Below, in pieces: positions 36,105 through 49,600 of a stretch of DNA of 64,000 nucleotides. The notes under the pieces were generated by a model that saw only the letters and a list, made by a program, of their open reading frames with translations, was not told where the DNA came from and ran no database searches. The DNA lies in the NCBI GenBank assembly GCA_973895155.1, contig OZ316895.1, forward strand, positions 12,769,263-12,833,262, written 5' to 3'. A program made the position numbers and the translations under genes. The DNA is from Marsupella aquatica. Taxonomy: Eukaryota > Plantae > Marchantiophyta. Each line of letters opens with the position of its first letter. Position 1 is the first letter of the stretch.

Positions 36105-39100
36105 ATTGCAAACACCTCACTACAGTACTGGCTTAGACAGATCTATCTGACGCCAACAGAAATGCACCCAAAAAAATATTGATCAAACCTCCAAATGGAA
36201 ACCGTCAAAGGACCAGAGATGAGGCTGAACCCACAACGTTAGGCGGCGATGTGATGAATGTGAGTTCATATGTACTCAGAGCTTTCCTTTTCCTCATAGT
36301 GAAGCGATTTAGCTTGGCGGAAATCCCACCATTAGAGTACCGTACTAGTTCTTCCCTTTCTTGTTCACCAGTAAATCTCCAGGCGAACGATTTCTTCTCA
36401 CTCTCCTCTGAACGCCGATGACGGGACTAAAACGCTTTCACACGGATCCCTTGTGTGGGCGTGCGTGTGGGCGTGCATGTGGGCGTATCGTTTTCCTCAA
36501 AAAAAAATCTTGCTGACCAAAACTATCCCTGCCTTGGGCTTGCAATTCAATCATGTTCAACCACGGCACCCCTATTGCTGTGCATGCACTGCTTCCGTTT
36601 CTCCTCTGGTTCTCCTATCGTGTGAAATTGGTCACTGCGAGCAACCTAAAATTGGTCAACTCATCATCCATTCAGGAATTCTTTTCCCTCTCCGCCCCTG
36701 TGCTCACTCAGCCCCACATTCTTGCCTCGCACACTCCCAAAACTTCTCAATCCAGACAGACGGATGACACCATCAGGTGCGCAAACTCTCACTCAGTCAG
36801 CATCTGAGACTTCGACTCCAAAACCATGCTGAAGAATTCTTTCAGCAAAGATCCCTCCTCACCCAATTCTTCCTCCGGGGACCTCTCCACAAATCTGTCA
36901 ACTGCTGTTGTTCTACAAGAATATCTACTATCCGAGGCACCGACCCGAAACGTTTCTTCTCGAAAACAATTCCCCCATCACCTCCAAATCCAGGCCTCCA
37001 GCTCTTCTCCCATCTCCACAGTCTCAAACTCCGGATCTCCACAGTCTCAAATCTCCGCTACTCCGCTACGCGTGGAGTCCTTAAAAGAGGAACAGTTGTG
37101 AAAGGTCGGTCGGTCTCTGACGAAAGGAGCTGCACTGTGATGACAATATGACACCCACTAATGAATTCGATTGACTCTTATTCAATGCTCTCGGAATCGT
37201 CACAGACTTGCAGAAAAGAAGAGGAACCTTTTCCTCTAGCTTCGTACACTTCCTCTTATTTACAAAAAAAAAAACGATCGAAACAACAGGAAGATCCCTC
37301 TGCTACGGGAGCATTTATAGACAGAAACTCTATGATGCTTCAGCATAGGTAGGTCCTTTTTCGATCACATTCCATTCACACTTTTCTTCTGATGAATGAG
37401 TTTCTCTCCTCTTCAGCATGTTTTTACCGATTCCCGCCGCCGGCACACGGAAATCATCGCCGGCGGGGATCTTCCTGTGGGGGCCCACTGCCGGTAATGA
37501 CTGTGCCAACGGCGCGCCGGATCTCCGGTCCTGGAAGCTTGACTCGGGTTAGCGGTAACCGTTTGGGGAGCTTTTTGGACAGGTCAGCAACCTACGCCCC
37601 TGCTCCCTTGACTCACCTACCAGGGCGTGTGACCACGACCCGGGTTTGCAAGAGACATTATTAGTGCGTCTCAAATATGGAAAAAGAAATGACTTCACGA
37701 GCTGCCCTTGCAGCCCTGGGGTGCATTGAAAGTGGGTACACTGGGGTTGTTTTTTTCGGGGGGAAGCAACATTGAGTGGGGTCGAAGGGCTCGCATCAAA
37801 CACTCGTAAGCCTGACCTTCGACGTTCGGGGACAAAGCACAGAGTCAGGAGGTAGTCTGCACATTTTTGCCAGCCCTCTCTATCGGTCACTAAATCCTGG
37901 GTGTGACTGGTCAGGCGCATCATTTTCAAGTCTGCAGAAAAAACCTGTCCCGAAAGTAAGACTTTTTTGGATTGCGATCGAGAGTGTGCGGACAAGCATT
38001 TTTGTGTCTGCAACTTTTTTGCCAGGAAAACTCCCTTGACCCTGACCGGAGGCAAAAGGAAGAGTATTGCACTTGATGGAGTTTTCCCAAAATGAGAATG
38101 GACTTGTAAATGAGAATATCTTTAGTGATGCTAACCTAATTTACAATGCTGTCACTATTTTTATTGCATTTACAAATATGCCACAGTTTTCGTATATTCC
38201 CACGTTAGTTACTTTGTTGAACGTGTCGTCCTTACACAAAACTTTGGCATATTTGTAAATACAAAAAAAAAACCATAGTAGAATTATCAATTTGAACATC
38301 TTTAGTGGCAAAGTAATTAAAAGTTGTTTGCATTTATCATCCATTTTTGAGCTTGTCTAGTGCGGGCTCTAGAGAGGCATAATTTTTTCTTTTTTGCTAG
38401 GATGGTGAATGTCAGTTGTGTGACAAGAAAGATACTAGGAATCTTCTTTATCTAGTTTTCCTACATGATCCTTTGTTGATCAGATCTCCCTAGATTCAAG
38501 GATGATCGATAGATTTTCGCTAATGGGGTCTGTCATGAGTGGGGACCGGTTAATGGAAGACATGAATTAAACCTAGCAAATTAGTGGGAAAGAATTTGAA
38601 TACATGTGGAATCTAGCAAAAAAAATCCACTCAAAAACATATGATCTAGAGTAGCACTAAGTCCTTTGGGTCTGTAAGAAGGTAGAAGCAAAGGGCCATT
38701 TTGTTTTTCAAAGAACCCTCAAGTAGGGTGAGAGGGGTGATAGAATTGCATGGCCTAACCATAGGACAGGGTGAGACATCCCAAACCTGTCTAAGAGCAT
38801 TCCGACCAGTGCTTACCAAAAAGCCCCATCATCAGGACCAAAGTTTAGTGAGTTGGTTTTGCATTTCTGGGCTTGTGAATAACTAATGACCTTCTTCACC
38901 TGTATTGCTTTTCTGAGCTAAAGTGCTACCTAGACATTAGAACGTGTCGGCAGTCAAAGCACTGCCATAAGCACGGTCTTTTGTTTATGACTTTTAAGAT
39001 GTCTGAGCCTCTCAGGGTACCTATATAAGTATCACAAGGCTTTTATACCAGCCATAAAACCATTTTATGTTCTTGACCAAACCTCACCTGCAACATTATT

Positions 39101-40145
39101 TTGAAGTGCCTTATTTAGACCAAAACCGAAAAGGCCAATCTTAACCATCCATGGATCAAGGCCTGACCCTCTGGGTCCTGGAGCTCATGCCAGCCTAAGA
39201 CGTAGAGCTCAGACAGAGCTACACTCTATAAGAATAAATTTTGGGACCACTACCAATTGTAGTATTAGGACGTCTCACACTCACATTTCTTTATTTCCAA
39301 CTGGCACCCCGGTTTTTCCCTGGTGCGGGCCACTCGGATCAGGTGGTCAGCCCACTGATTTGGCAATCTGAGGTTTTATACCAGGTTTCTTAGTGACCCA
39401 TAGTCCACTGCTGTGTCCACTATGCTGGACTCCATTTAGGTTTGAGGCAAAGTTCAGAACCCTTTGGGGCACTCAATTTTGAGTCCTAGTTTTCATTATT
39501 TGGAGGTATCCAGGTGACCAGGAGGATCCCGGAAAAGTATAGGGTTGAGACGTGCACACCATATATTGCCACATTTGGATGTGTGATTACCGGCAGGGGT
39601 TTGGGACGCCCTGCTATTACTCCCGGTTTGAACTGATGGGCACGTTTACGGGTTGCTCGACATATATACTTGTCACACTATGGTTCCAAAAGGGGCCAAA
39701 TGACGCATACTTGCTTGTATTCCCCGGCCAGTCTCAAATTCTCCTAAACCTCTCCTGGCACTGTCCTGGGTTCCCCCGGCTCCTTCTGACTCCCCTTCCA
39801 GGCTCGGCCACCCTGCCACCCCACCCATCCCAACCACTCACCCAACCCGCCCAATCACCCCGCCACCCCACCACCCAGCCGCAACCCCGACCCTGGGTGA
39901 CCCCGCGGTCGAGACAACTGGGTGTGATGGATGACGGGTCCAGACCCCTCACTTGCTGGGCAAGTCCAAACCGGACTATTATTGATTAAAATAAAACTTG
40001 GGGCCACGACATAACTATTGTAATATTGTATCCCCTACGTGTCGACTTGTGACGCGCAACATGAAAACACGTCGTCAAGGTTTCCGTCCAATAATAACAG
40101 CCTACGCTTATGACCGTACATGACCCCCGGAACAGCACTGTATTT

Positions 40146-41649
40146 ACGGACCCCCATTAGGGGTCTCTTGCAAATTCTCTGCCATGAGGTTGCGCCACAT
40201 CACCACAACCAGCCACAAACAGGAATGATCCTACTTTTAACAATAACAGACGTGCACATTCCTGTTTGTGGCAAAAGCAATGTAATTTTTGGGGCGCCAT
40301 GCCGTAAATATCAAACGTAAAAAAATCCAAAATACAAAGGAAGAGATGTCATTTAGTAAAATAAAGTTACCATTTTGATGTTTGTCAAAGATATATATAT
40401 ATAAGTGTTTTATATCAAAATGTTTGTAAAATAATTGTCATTCAGTAAAATAATTGTTTGCAAGTTTGAAAAAACAAATCGATAGAAATGTACATAGTTG
40501 AAAACACTTTGGTTTCACATTGTAAAACTAAATAATAAATCTTCTTAGTACTTGATAAAATTTGTCAATGTTGATTCATTGGAAAACTCAAGATCAAGAT
40601 TTAGAAACTCGTGAACTCTTTAGTATTATCTTGATAAAATTTCTTAATGTCATAGTCATTGAAAAGTTAGAGTAAAATTAAAAACTCATCATCTCCTTGG
40701 TACTGGACAAAATCTATCAATGTTAGGTTCATTGGAAAACTAGAGAAATTCAAATTGTCATGATCTCTCTAATTCTTGACGAATAATCTCAATGTCACAC
40801 ATTAGAAAGCTAGAGAGATTGAAAACCTCATGATGTCTTTAGTACCGTGACAAAATCCGACATGAAATTTGTCAATGTCGGACTCAATGTTGGAAATCTA
40901 AAAGAATTCATGACTCATGATCAAAAAAACTATTCTCACTCATTGGAAAGGCAAAGAAATTCAAAAGCTCATTTGGAACTTGACAAAATTTGTCAATCTG
41001 AGGTTCATTGGAAACTCTTTCTCGATTAAGAGATATCACAATCTCGTCACCGTCACAAACTTAGTCTTTGCAAATTGATTTTAATTTTTGATTACGTCGC
41101 CATCGCCTGTCCACAATGCTTGCTTCTTGGCTTGAATTGTTCGCATTCCTCTAGTCTTCAGCTTAAGCTCATTCTGAACACAGGTTGATGTCAAATGCAA
41201 CCTCTATGTCAAAGAAACAATTGTTTGTCTCTTCCTTGCACCATAGCTTTCTTAACTAAAAAAAACTACAAATCCTTCATGTAAAGTGATGGCTTGTTTG
41301 TTTTGTGTGTTCTTCCCACCGAATCGACAAGCACTCTTTTGCCAACAACTGAGTGTTGTCCTCCAGTTTGTCTTGTGGCGGTAATGCTCAATGTAACTCA
41401 CAAACAATCAATCAGGAATGGTAGAAACACAATTTCTCTAATGTGTAAGCAAAACCGTCAAAAAACTCAATTCCTCCACATTCAACTTTCGTTTGATAAA
41501 TCTCTTTTATCTTTTGAGCAATTTCTTTTGTATGAGCACACACCAAAACCATCGAGAGACTCAAAACTATCGGTTATCGCCTTGCTAAACATTGATTTCA
41601 TTTCATCACACACACATTCCTTGGATGAACATGGGGGTCCACGGATTCA
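40146..41649. mobile_element. ~1.5-kb non-autonomous element, copy 1 (asymmetric inverted repeats, TT-flanked)
   Basis: Colinear with 53327-54787; ends TT|ACGGACCCCCATTAGGGGTC ... ATGGGGGTCCACGGATTCA|TT; internal ~60-bp degenerate tandem repeats. Confidence 0.85.
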
Positions 41650-42312
41650 TTTTTAAAGATTGTCTGGACTGCGGGTCCCAGAAATCTCAACTGATGGCAG
41701 GTCGCCACCAACTGCCACTCGCCATCACAGTTTCCTGCCGTAAGCTTTCCAGTAATTAAATAATTAATAAATCATGGTCTCGTAACGCCTGACCGTCGAC
41801 TCGCAGAATCGAGGGCCATCACAGAAGTACAAATCGGGAGCTATTTAAAATTGAAATATACAATTGACAGGGGAAGACCCCAGAGAACGAGTTGGTGCCG
41901 TGGGCAGGACTTCACTTCCCGCCGGTCGAAGAGAGTGCTTTCCCGGCCATACTCCTTATTCAAGCTACCGTTCGAATCGCCTGAATACTTGATAATTAAT
42001 TAATATTAATGCATCAGGCTTGTCTTCAGCTGTCTATCGTGCAGCCTAGTCAATCTAGACCGTTCAATGCATTGCGACTATTCAATAATTGGAACGTACA
42101 GAGACGTTGTCGGGGAACCTCTCGAGTCTCGGCGTCTTTGGCACCTACGTTGTTTAGTGCAGAGCATGTACTGTAGTCTAGAGTTAACTCCTATGTGCAA
42201 CCCACAAAATGTATCCCCCTTACCTTATTCGCTAAGGTGGGAACACTGTGTGGACCATTCAGCTTTTGCCACGACCGCAATTTTACTCTTGCCTAAATCT
42301 ACTATTTAACTT

Positions 42313-42491
42313 TGACACTAAAGATACTCTAATTGACAATAGAGTCACTTATATTCATAAAAATTTAATGGTTTGGTATAAGGATGACAAGTTTACCACT
42401 GTAACCAGGGGACTAAATATGGAAATCGTGGTATCTTTGTAAATATAAAAAAATAGTGACAGTATTGTAAATTTAAATATCTTTAGTGTCA
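42313..42491. mobile_element. AT-rich MITE-like foldback
   Basis: 14-bp perfect inverted repeat TGACACTAAAGATA / TATCTTTAGTGTCA. Confidence 0.5.
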
Positions 42492-42904
42492 TTGTATTTA
42501 AAAGTTGATCTTCTATTTCCTACTTTTTTTTATAGGATTGTGTGACTCATTTAGTTTACAGTTCATGCACGGAGATTTTACGGTTCATGCACATATTTTT
42601 ACTCTTTTCAGCTAGGAGTTGCCCTTCCAATGGACCAGCATAACCTACATGGACCACAAAGAATTTTAAATTTTTTGTACTTAGATCTCTTTCTTTGTAA
42701 AGGAACCCACACCACTTTGAACAGGAACCTAATTCATCTGAGCTTCAACTATCAAGGTCCATGTACTTTGTATGTGTGGTGTCTAATTGCATCTCAAGTT
42801 TTTGGTCGCAAGTTATATTCATGCATGAGTTGCTTGTATGCAGGAAGGTGAGGTTCCATCGCACCTACATCAAGTGCCTTACAAATCTCATGCAGATGGA
42901 ATAA

Positions 42905-43225
42905 TTCAATGTGAAACAAACAAACAATCGGAGGTGCCAGGTTCTATCCCCCCCCTCCACGCACAAGGGGTGTGTGGAGTGTTGTGTGTGTATGTGTGGG
43001 TGGGGTGTAGTCGTGGGCATCCTGGTTTCTCCTCAGCCCCTGGGCTAGCCCGCTTTGGAGCTCTAGTTCAACCCTCTCTCCCTTCTGGTTTGGTCCCTGT
43101 TGGATCCTTGCCTACTCTCCCCCCTTTGTGGGGTACCCCTCCAATGGTGCATATTTCAAAGTGTAATGTTTATCCTATGTTGGATGGGTCTCTTTTTGCC
43201 TTTTCAATGTAAAACAAACAAACAA
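42905..43225. mobile_element. ~275-bp insert between 23-bp direct repeats; probable SINE or truncated LINE end
   Basis: TTCAATGT(G/A)AAACAAACAAACAA at 42905-42927 and 43203-43225; the insert is more GC-rich than its flanks. Confidence 0.55.
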
Positions 43226-43636
43226 ATGAAACACAAGAGCCGTGAGCAGAGGCTTTGAAGCAAAGCAGACCTTGACATTGGGGTGGGGGCCAAATGAAGA
43301 TGGCTTTCAAGATAAATCATATAGAACTTAGCACGAGATAAATACTCATTTGCTACTGTTGGGTTTGTGTTGGCCTCCCTTTCAATTGTGACTTGTTCGT
43401 TCCTCGTTGGCTGGATTCAAAAGGCTATGGAGATCTCGTGTTGGAGCACCTCAGAAGTGAATCAATGGCCCAGGTGCGTCATGTGCACATCCAAGTGACA
43501 AAATACATAGTTTTCTAAAAGCTTTGAACTGGCGAAAATGTTGACTCAATTGCTCTATAAAGAGTGATCGCCATTGTAGCTGTCGACGAGCCCTATATAA
43601 TGCTAAGTTGCCACTCATTTGATGGACAGTTGGCGT

Positions 43637-43850
43637 GTTAGTCTCAAACCAAACATGCACTGCAAAGGGCATGGCGGGACCAGCTTAGTCTCAAGCCAAG
43701 CACGTTAGTCTCAAACCAAACATGCACTGCAAAGGGCATGGCGGGCCCAGCTTAGTCTCAAGCCAAGCACGCACTGCAAAGCCCATGGCGGGACCAGATC
43801 AGTCTCAAGCCAAGCACACACTGCAAAGTGCATGGCAGGGCCAGATTCTG
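43637..43850. repeat. Tandem repeat of ~45-bp units (TTAGTCTCAA.CCAA.CA.GCACTGCAAAG.GCATGGCGGG.CCAG)
   Basis: About 4 units plus partial units; followed by (GCATGGGT)n and (CTGGAT)n. Confidence 0.85.
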
Positions 43851-46687
43851 ATGGTCCCGTGCATGGGTGCATGGGTGCATGGGTGCTGGATCTGGATCTG
43901 GATCGAGAGGATGCACCTACGAACCCCTGTGCGATGAAGGTTCTGGAAGTGCTACAGAGCAAGCGAAATCATCTATACGTCATGCACTTTGGTTAACAGA
44001 GGAAAAAGGAGAAACAACTCGGTTATGAAACTTGGGAGAGTAAAATTTGGAGATTTGAAAGTTTTCTTTTTTCTCTTTAGCGCTAGTGAAGAGAAATAAC
44101 TAGAGTAGTTTCTGTCAAGATAGATAGTCCATGTAAGATTTCAACTTGGAGTGGCAGGGAGCGTCCTCTGAACATCCAATCTAGAACATGCAGAAAGGGC
44201 CATTAGCATCAGCCAAGAAATGCAGAAGGTGGTCGTTGTTTAAATGATGGATTGTTACTTACGATCAGTCATTGTACGAGATGAAAGCTTATACAACTCA
44301 ACCTTATTGATATCGGATTATATTAGCGATCACTCGAATAATAACGGGTCGTTGTTTAAGAAATTGGTTAATCCTTGTCAAAGATTTCAATTCTTTGGAG
44401 TGACTGTGGGCTTCCAGGCTTCTTCTGTACTTCTCACATTCCTCTGCATAGATGCTCCATTGAATATGTTGGGTTCCCTGTGTTTGAAATAGAGTGCGTA
44501 CAAATGAGGCTGAATACCAAGAAACAAGGATAGCAATAAGAAAGTAGCGGTTTCAGACTGGGATTCTAAAAGGATAGGTACATGATGGTTCTTCGTCCAC
44601 GATTGTGGCCATCTTATTCTGGTTCGTGTCTCCGTTTAAACTTTTGCACATTATCTAGCTAGTCGCTTCATTGTGGATGATGGATGACCATAAGAATTTA
44701 GGAACAGAAACAGTCACACAAAAAGAAACATCCAACCAGTCTCATAAATTTCTTTACTTTCAAATTATGTCGATGGATTTGTTAATTACACCAATGACTT
44801 CACACTTCTATAGTATTGAGCTGCCTAACGAAAGGGGCAGTCCCGACTTTGAGAGAAAACCGTGAAGAAGTGAATGCAGTTCTTCTATCGTGCAACTATG
44901 TGACCAGTGAAGGTTTGGTAAGTTGTTCTTCCACAATTTATTATAGTAGCCTGTTTCTGGACTAATTTTACACCCTTGAACACGATTATCCTTGGGCTGC
45001 TAGTTTAGTAGACTCTTATGAGGACATTCAACACACCTATCTACAATAATATTACCGTACGTTTCAGTCGGTTTTAACAGTTCCCGTAGTGTTAGCCCTG
45101 GTCTTTGTTTGAGCATCATGTCGAGCAACCGCTACCTACGAAACATGTGGGTACTGTAGTGAAGAGCGCATTCACTGATGATCTTAGTTACGACGCAGCG
45201 ATGCTCCTGTTCAAATGGACATCCTGTCTAAAGGTTGACTGTGTGTCCGCTATAAGTGACTTAAACACGTCTGTCTGGCAGTTGTGCTCACCGACACGTT
45301 TTTGGCTACTTCTACAGTGAGTTGCTTTTCGTGATTCTTACTCATGAGCAACTCTGTGACAGTTTAGACAGCTGGTTTTCTACGGGCGTCGTTGAAAGGT
45401 GCAAGTCCACATCCACAGCAACGCTTTACACAAGCTTACCATAAGAAAGCATTGGATCACAGGATCATATCAGAAAACGCTTGGGGAAAAACTAATGCGG
45501 CATTCCCTGGAAGTGAACAACTCAGTCTTCATTATGACAAGCACGCATTTTGTGGTCTTGACTTGTAGGCAACTTCTACGTTGTCATTATTTTGGTTCTT
45601 ACGGTTTCGTGGCCACAGAAGTGAGCCAACTGTCCTAATGTTAGAGCAAATTAATCTCTACCGTGTTCCCTTTCGTTTGGGTTTCAGCTCTGTAATCGAC
45701 GGGTGTGTTTTGCTTTGAGAGTGGCTTTCCAAGTGAGGGGAAGGTGCTCAGCTGGGAAAGGCGTTGCGTTTTCAGTGCATGAAGCCTTTGGAGCAAATAA
45801 AGACAACTACAAGACGAGTCAAAGATGTCATGATAACACAGTGAGGGAGCATGCACTGAAATTTTCACATTAACTGATGAGTGAAACACTAAAATAATTT
45901 GTGGGTACACTTCGCAAAAGGTGTACAACAATGAGGACCTCCTTCAAAAGTGATCTGAAGAGCAAATTCTTGAAGCGAGTCTACACAATTCCAAACAAAG
46001 TGGCAAGAAATTAAGTCGAGGAAGAGTGAATGATCGGATTACTACATGGATCCGATACTCATCTGGAACAGAGATTTAGTTGCCAAAAATCAAACCTTTC
46101 CTCCCTCTAGAAGCTAGAGCTTGTTCGAAGATTAATTACTATCTTTTACAAGGCTTTCAAAATGAAAAAAAATCCTGTAGCGCTTCTTTACTAGGAATAA
46201 TCCAAACACGAGACAACTTTGACCACCGAAAACTGTCCACAACATATGAAGTGATGTGAGAAACCTAAACCAAGAGGTCATACAAGGCAGTCCCGTCATG
46301 CATTTTTCTCGAGACAGAAGCTGTCCTCATCGGGTACAGACGACATACGCAAAATAAAAAACTAAATCTGCTCTCACAAATTGTGAGATGACGATTTGAT
46401 TCAAGAGTTGTATTACACCACAAACTCCTGAGGAGTTTGCTTCTCGAAAAATTTACAGTCAAGGTGATTAACTCAATCTACTCCCACAATTGTGAGACAA
46501 AGAATTGACTCAAAATTCGATTTGCATACTCCCAGAGTTCTAAATCCATTCGCTAAAAAGGAACAGGTTGTTCCTGCTACGTAACCAGACCCACATCATC
46601 CTATTTACATACAAAAAGGGAGAAAAAGGGAATAAGAAACTTCTTGGTGACGACTTGGCTGGGGAGGGTTCAGATCACTTTTCGAGG

Positions 46688-49600
46688 TCAAGCACGATAT
46701 CCATTTAAAGCTCCCTTCATTTGCTTCGCTACCTTTGTAACCGGCGGGGAGTTGAGATGCAAACTGCAAGCACAGTTCTCTGGCCCGACCTCCTCGACAA
46801 TGCAAGGAACCACCACTTTCCCATCTGGGAAACAATTTGCACGGCTTCCAATCAACTCATCCACAAAGCTGTCCAGCTTCTCGACCGTCACGCTGGGCAT
46901 CACCACAGCATGAGCAATCGATCCTTGACAGGCGAGCTGCCATTTTCTTACAAAGGCTTCGTTTTGAGGCCTCTCAAAGACAACTGTGCTGCTGAGTTCA
47001 TTCAACATCACACCAAATCCTGCATCCCGGAGCCGGCCCTTCAGATAGTACGCGTTTCTAAGGCATCTCTGCACTTCCTTTTGAAACCCTCGGTAGCCCT
47101 TCCGGTTGAGCGTGTACCATAGGAAAAGAGGAGCATGGCCATTCCGGCTACCCATGATAGTTGCATCCCTTGATGCAAGATATTCCACATTCCTTGACAA
47201 GTAATTAATATGCTCTACTCTGGTGATCTGAATCCCGCAAGGCATGGGACAGCCGATGAACTTGTGCCCGGAGACGCTAACACTGCCAATAGGTTTCTTG
47301 AAAGTGACCCTGGGAGCCTGCACAGACATAACGCAAAGAAGAAGGGGCTTAGCTGTTAAAGTGTTGATTAGGAAACTGACAGTCTGCCAAAGATCTCACG
47401 AAGGCATCAGAGCAGGGAGCCTGTGGAGGCAATGAAGAAGTCTATCCACGTTCTGCTGAGCTTCGAGAGCCATTGGCAAGGGAACCCACCGTTTTCACAA
47501 AAGGCATCATGAGCCCAAAGAGAGCACCGTCACAGTGGATGTAGAAACGGTCTTCAGTAAAGCCGGCTTGCTTCAGACTTTCCAATACACGATCAAGATC
47601 ATCGACTGCTCCTTTCACCGTAGTACCTGCAATGAGAATGGATGACTTACATTTAGAATTGCCCAATACTATTGAGCCAAACCGACGAATTCCGGTCTAT
47701 ATTATCAAAAGACATACGTGGAGCCCAAACTCTAAGTTGTTCTGAGGACCCGCCATAGAAGGTCCGAAGTTTGGCAAGAGTCGCAGTTTCGTGGGTTGTT
47801 ACAACGACAGACTAAGCCAATCCAAAAGCAATTTCCCGGAAGGACGCTCACCGATATTCACATTCAGAATTGCAGGCTTGTCTGCCCTTTCTACAAGCTT
47901 CCGCGTCAAATCATTGCAGTCGATTTCCCCAGACAAGAGGGTGTCCACTTTGACAACCTCCATCCGGTACATCCGTGCCGCTTTGAAAATCGAGTAATGA
48001 GAATCTTTGGACGCGTAGAGAATTCCATCTGGAAGCACCTCTCGTCTGCAAACAACCAAGTTAAGTACTGGCCATTGTTAGAATCCAAGAGTTAAATTCG
48101 TAGGAATTGCTAACCGCGTACGGTACTGCCTTCTGGAGTTAAACCCTGCCCACGTAGCTAGGGACTTTAACGACCGATGCAAACTCCAAACACAGAGAAA
48201 TACTTTGCAACCGTTTCACGTTTAGAAACTCCATGCGTTCCATGCAGCCATGACGATATGTGGGCTACGTTATGACCTAATGTGAACTTCTTTACCTCGC
48301 GAATTACGTTTGCCATACCTTAGTGGCACTGGCATAATTTGAACAACGGCAATCAGAAAGCCGAGGGATTTATAAGGAACGATAATGGTCGCTCGAGTAT
48401 CTCACGAGGACTAGTATTTTGCCCATGGCTCCAGACCAGAGACTTTCGGGCATTTCACTATAATTGTTTTCCCAATGTTTGGCTCATGAAGTCGTCATAT
48501 CTACATTGATCATCCACAGACTTCAAACTCAAGGCCATCAAGTGGGCGGCGAATGGGCTCACCCGACCAAGATTCCGTGCAGGTTTCCTTCAGTACCGCA
48601 GTTGGTGATGTATCCCCAGTACTGCTCCTTCTCGAGATCCCAGAGCCGGGCGAACCAGTCCAGAACTCCGACCTCGAATTGCCTCGAGTGCACGCCATAG
48701 TTGCTCTCGATGAAAGGATCACCCAAGTTGTTGATCGAAAAGTGCTGCAGCTGTGATAGAGCTTGGTAGTTGAAGTCTAGATTGTAGGGGTAACCTGGTA
48801 GTTTACAATAACAACACGCGAATCGAATTGTTAGCCATCGTACCTTCCACCTCAACTCAACCAAAGCATGATTAAAATCTTGCGCATCAAACCTGATGTT
48901 AGAATTTCAAGCAGTGAGCAGTGTTTGGCCTGTTGCCAGAACCTTGGTGTCAAACACCCCTATCCTACGTTCCAAACGTCACTCGCACTTGGGCCAATTT
49001 AACGTCTGCCGTAGCGATCCGTCTGATACTATGCTAAAAGACAGCTGTTGTAGGCTCCGGACACCCGTCAACATCCAATCTTTCCAGGCTGGATGTTGAC
49101 GAAACTCCCACTACATTCTCCAACTACTGTACATTCGAGACAAATCTATCGAAAGAGTCCCCAACTGCCGGGTCTCCTCGTAGAATCCCAGGTACAGTGG
49201 CTTGTTCGTGCCATATCAAACTCACACTTGGCCCACGTGAAGGTTTCGCGTGGCAAGTCTACCTCAAAATACTGTGAGCGAAAATGTGATCAAAACAAAA
49301 GGCCATGAGACGGAGACAAGGAGCCGCAGCAAATTCCTTATATGCATTATATGCCTCTGACATATTTGGGATACATGAACAAGATTCCGACGTCTAGCAA
49401 GAAGCAGACATCGTCCAAAGAACAGTGAACCGCACCAGCGAGCCCCTGATACCTGTTGGCAAAATTCCAACCGCAGGACATCTAATTCTCCAGAAATGAT
49501 GCGGAATTCGAATACTAGGCGAAGGCAACTGAGGTAAAGATACACCGGGTGTGGCAACTGAGTGCGTCCATGCATGTGCATTGGGTGAGAGCCGGATGAA

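Noticed and set aside
41880-41990. tRNA/SINE-like GTTCGAATC motif in CpG-rich sequence
   Set aside because: No cloverleaf, A box or terminator could be built.
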